Shown piece after piece: positions 59,684 to 64,000 of a stretch of DNA of 64,000 nt (the stretch's first letter is position 1; every line of letters begins with the position of its first letter). The notes below the pieces were generated by a model. It was not told where the DNA came from and ran no database searches. It worked only from the letters and a program-made list of their open reading frames with translations. The translations under genes and the position numbers were made by a program. The stretch is from Veleropilina oligotropha (taxonomy: Eukaryota). The stretch spans positions 124,001 to 188,000 of the forward strand of contig JBEUKZ010000075.1 in NCBI GenBank assembly GCA_048128005.1. Direction: 5' to 3'.

Positions 59684-60474
59684 CTGAAATAACAAGTAAT
59701 CATTAATGTGAGCCAGTATACTTAAGTAAAATTTGTTTGGGATTAGAACATGCATTACTTGTGTACATATAAAAAAAATCCCATTGTAGTTGCCTTTTCA
59801 TCTATAACGTGCTCTCCCTCATAATGAACAGATAGCTACAGTGTATGATGATTTTACTTTTCTCATAATTAATATGCACATTGTGAATTACATTTTCAGA
59901 TTTTCTTATGTAGACAACAAAAGTTAGTTTGACCTATCAATATATATACAGTATTATGTTCCTTGCTTTGTCACAGCTTCGATCTTCTATCGCCAGACGG
60001 CGCTTCCGTATACTAAAGTTGTTTAGATTGTGCGCTTTTAGCATAACGAAATCGTCATTTGGAAAAATAATGGCAAATATCAGTTACAAGCCATAAGTTG
60101 TGACGATTCATGGTCATCATGCAAAAGGGCTATTCGCAGACACCAACAAGTAATTTAACACTACCGCGGTCGCGTATAATCACCATTGTAGTTTATCACA
60201 TGTATTTACATTTTACCAACGTGTGTACTTTAACTGCAGGTAAATCGGTAACATTACATGATTGTATTATTATGGATAACAATGTTAATAATATATATGG
60301 ACTTCATATTGAAAATAGACCGCCCCTGTAGTCATGTGGTATCGAGTGCAGATTCAAAAATCGTTGGTTATCGATATGTGACACAACATATGACTTGCAG
60401 TCTCGATGTATCAATCAAATTGTATTTATAAATGTGTACTGTCTAGCCAAAGGCCTATATAAACTTACTTGCTA

Positions 60475-60853
60475 ACTAGTGGGTTCGAATCTCGGTTGGA
60501 GAATGACATTCTTTGTTCCATTATCAACCGCAGTTGTCCGAAACTGGTCGGAGAGAACGGGTTTTCCAGACTGGGCTTTCCTCTCGCGATATTATGGACA
60601 TACCCTTCCTGGAACATGATGGTTGTAAATAAACAGAACATTAACATATTGAGAACAGTAGTGGGTTCAAACCTCGGCTGGGGCAGCACACATTTGTTCA
60701 AGTTATGCATCACAGTTGTCCGTAACTGGTCGGAGAGGGCGGGTTTCCCCGGACGATCGGGCTTTTCTCTCGCGATAATACGGACATGTTCTGCTTTGAA
60801 CCAAATGATGGTTGGAAATATACAGGACATTAAGCATCGATCCTTTCCTTTTC
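60475..60853 (+). mobile_element. Two tandem truncated SINE copies in the transporter intron
   Basis: AGTGGGTTC..ACCTCGG...CAGTTGTCCG..ACTGGTCGGAGAG repeated; similar to 1287-1546. Confidence 0.8.
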
Positions 60854-60872
60854 CATCATATTGACAACTTAC

Positions 60873-61661
60873 CGAATAAGGGTCCTCCTGTTATGTTGGC
60901 AATCCCCAACGCTGTCAATATTATTCCCAGAGCACGGGGGTACACTTCCTTGGAAGATAAGCAGAGGGTGGTTATTGGAAAACTTCCGATTGCGCCTCCC
61001 AAGAAGAAGCCAACAACAGCGACAGATATATACAGCAGTGCCCCCTCTTGCACAAACACAAGCGATATTTGAAATAAACCAAACAATAAATATACGAGAA
61101 TAACAATCAGCAAAGTACAGTGCTTTGCATTTTGGACGATGGCACCTATTGTGAATCTTCCAGCAATATTGCCAATTGACAACGTGGTCAACAATAAAAC
61201 TGCGCTCGTCTGTTCCAACCCCTTGCTTACTCCATAGTCCACCAAAAACACCATAGGCACTACTGACGCTGTTCCATAAAACAGAATAAAAACAAAATAC
61301 GAGGCATATTTTCCATCAATTGCAAACCTGTAATTTTCTATTATGCTTTTCGCTGTTGTCTTGTTAGGAGTGATATTTGATTCTTGCATTGATGCGGCTG
61401 CACTATAATTCTTGGAATTTGTCCGTGACTTCCCAGCCATTAGAAGACCTGCTGGAACTGTATGCATAGCGAGACTCGCCAGTAGCAGCAGGCAACCTCT
61501 CCACCCATATTCGGTGTTAAAATATAGCTGAAGTTGCTGAAGGACCACCACGCCAAAACCGCTGGCAGCAGATCCGCAAGCTAACGCCAGGGGGCGACTC
61601 TTGTCAAAACTATTCACCAATGATACAAATCCACCAATTTCCAAAAGACTACAGCCCAATC
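60873..61661 (-). CDS. MCT/SLC16-like MFS transporter, large internal exon (upstream exons not identified)
   Basis: FDKSRPLALA, YGWRGCLLLL, IGNIAGR, GGPLFG; acceptor tgttgtag|, donor |gtaagt; both phase 1. Confidence 0.85.
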
Positions 61662-62293
61662 CTACAACACAAAACACGGATACTGGTGAAACTACGAAAG
61701 CCTGGTAGGGACTTCCGATTTCTAACTACTACCTTTTAATGTAAGCTAAACATAACATGCTTGTGCGTGCATGTGCGTGCGTGAGTGAGTGCTAATTTTA
61801 ATTAAAGTTTCTGGTAACGATGCCAAAAAGTCTGGTATTACATACAAATGGCATTACATACAAATGCATTGCAAGCATCGCCCCTCAATACGTCTGCAAC
61901 CTTATAACGTCCTACAACCCTAACCGAACCCTTCAAACAAGCATACATCTGTTGATCTTTTTATGAGCTATATTCCTCCTGCGTTTAGGGCATGTTTTAC
62001 ATGGAATACAGCACATAATAAATTGACTATTATGATTATTATTGGAGGTATAAGAGTATGATATCCATGATACTATATATGATACCCAATGCCAAGGTGG
62101 TTAAAGTGCGTTCGCTTCTTTCGATTAATGCCGATAGTTGTGAAATTGTGATTCGATATTGAAAGCCAATATGGCTGGGTATCCAGCATAAAATGTCATT
62201 TTCTCGGACAGATTATTGTATTTGAACAATAAAATTTAATGTTGTGTCAATACGTTTCCTTTCGTCCTCCTCAATGCTTGAAAGCTAGAGAGA

Positions 62294-62529
62294 AAGGAAA
62301 GGATAGATGCTTAATGTCCTGTATATTTCCAACCATCATTTGATTCAAACCAGGACATGTCCGTATTATCGCGGGAGGAAAGCCCGGTCGCCCGGGAAAA
62401 CCCGCCCTCTTCGACCAGTCACGGACAACTGTGCTTCATAACTTGAACAAATGTGTGATGCCTCAGCCAGGGGTCGAACCCACTACTGTTCGCGTCAGCG
62501 GAAACAAGTCAGTGATTTTCGGAATCTAG
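62294..62529 (-). mobile_element. SINE copy
   Basis: Reverse-complement family match; TSD AGCTAGAGAGA at 62283 and 62530. Confidence 0.85.
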
Positions 62530-62639
62530 AGCTAGAGAGATAATCTGAATAAATGATAACAAGATTTTTAAAACCGTTCCATCTTACCTTGAAGTTCTAG
62601 CTTATGGAACGCAATGGCTGCCTTATGTTAAGATAATTA

Positions 62640-63180
62640 ATTATATGCGGTAGATGCGTCATTATACGCAGTGGTTTTGTCATTATATGCAGTGGTTATG
62701 CCATTATATGCAGTGGTTATGTCATTATATGCAGTGCTTATGTCATTATATGCAGAAGAAACGTCACTATAAGCGGTACCTATGCCATTATATGCGGTAG
62801 ATACGCCATTATACGCGGTGGTTTTGTCATTATATACAGTATAAACGTCATTATATGCAGTGGTTATGCCACTATATGCAGTATTTATGTCATTATATGC
62901 TGTACCTATGCCATTATATGCGGTAGATACGCCATTATACGGGGCGGTTTTGTCATTATATACAGTAGAAAGGTCATCTTATGCAGTGGTTATGTCATTA
63001 TATGCAGTGGTTATGTCATTATATGCAGTGGTTATGCCATTATATGCAGTAGTTATGTCATTATATGCGGTAGATTCACCATTATACGCGGTAGATACGC
63101 CATTATACGCGGTGGTTTTGTTATTATATGCAGTCGTTTTGTCATTATATGCAGTGGTTATGTCTCTATGTGCAGTATGC
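62640..63180. repeat. 21-bp degenerate minisatellite
   Basis: GTCATTATATGCAGTGGTTAT units. Confidence 0.9.
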
Positions 63181-63223
63181 ACACTTACCAATAATCATGG
63201 ATAAATACAGACATGAAATATAA

Positions 63224-63522
<299 letters not shown>

Positions 63523-64000
63523 CATTAGATGTGCAATACTGCTTATGTGTCCCATCTGTCCTTTGTGTCCGTCTCTTGTGTTTTTCTCTGTTTATTGAGT
63601 CAAGTCATTATCTATTTTCATTAATATTACTACTTGTGTATTTAGGGTGACACTACCTGTAAACAGTCTTTTCTGACTCAAGTGTTATCCTTCCTTTCAT
63701 TATTAATTTTGTTCTCAACACAATTATAATATGTAAATGATGTTGAAAGGTAAATAAATATCTAAATAAATATCTGTCTATAAAGGGCGTGCTCCATTGA
63801 CCTGTTCCGAGTACTCCAGTTACTCGGAACATGTGCGGGATCAATGAAGTGTCTGAGAATAGTGTTCTAGGACTGTTTTTGTTATTATATGCAGTGGTTA
63901 TGCCATTATATGCAGTAGTTATGCAGTATGCACACTTACCAATAATCATGGATACATACAGACATGAAATAAGAGGTTTTTAAGTAAACCTAGTATTAAT

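Overview
AT-rich animal (probably invertebrate) genomic DNA, dominated by mobile elements. The main object is a visibly GC-rich ~16.1 kb endogenous Polinton-like DNA virus (2333-18428). It has ~108 bp G/C-tipped terminal inverted repeats and a 5-bp target duplication (CAAAG). It encodes a putative major capsid protein, a minor capsid/penton, an A32-like packaging ATPase, a retroviral-type integrase, several membrane proteins and a secreted Cys-rich protein. In place of a canonical pPolB it carries one reconstructable ~1,340 aa replication polyprotein: OTU-like Cys/His domain, highly divergent PolB palm with no recognisable exonuclease, RecD/Pif1-like SF1 helicase and a C-terminal HNH domain. 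No adenain protease was seen. Many viral genes have single stops or homopolymer frameshifts; the capsid and ATPase ORFs are open. There are two host genes on the minus strand: a complete 3-exon COMMD1 (GC-AG first intron) and the last two exons of an MCT/SLC16-like MFS transporter. Between them is a nested TE stack: a decayed BEL/Pao LTR retrotransposon containing a hAT transposon, a Helitron-type element, a LINE ORF1 fragment and an 11.4 kb tandem array of Helentron-type (HINE) elements. A ~600 bp inverted-repeat pair 30 kb apart brackets the whole stack. Also present are tRNA-derived SINEs, MITEs (one with a RecQ helicase fragment) and minisatellites. All family assignments come from motif recognition by eye, with no database searches.
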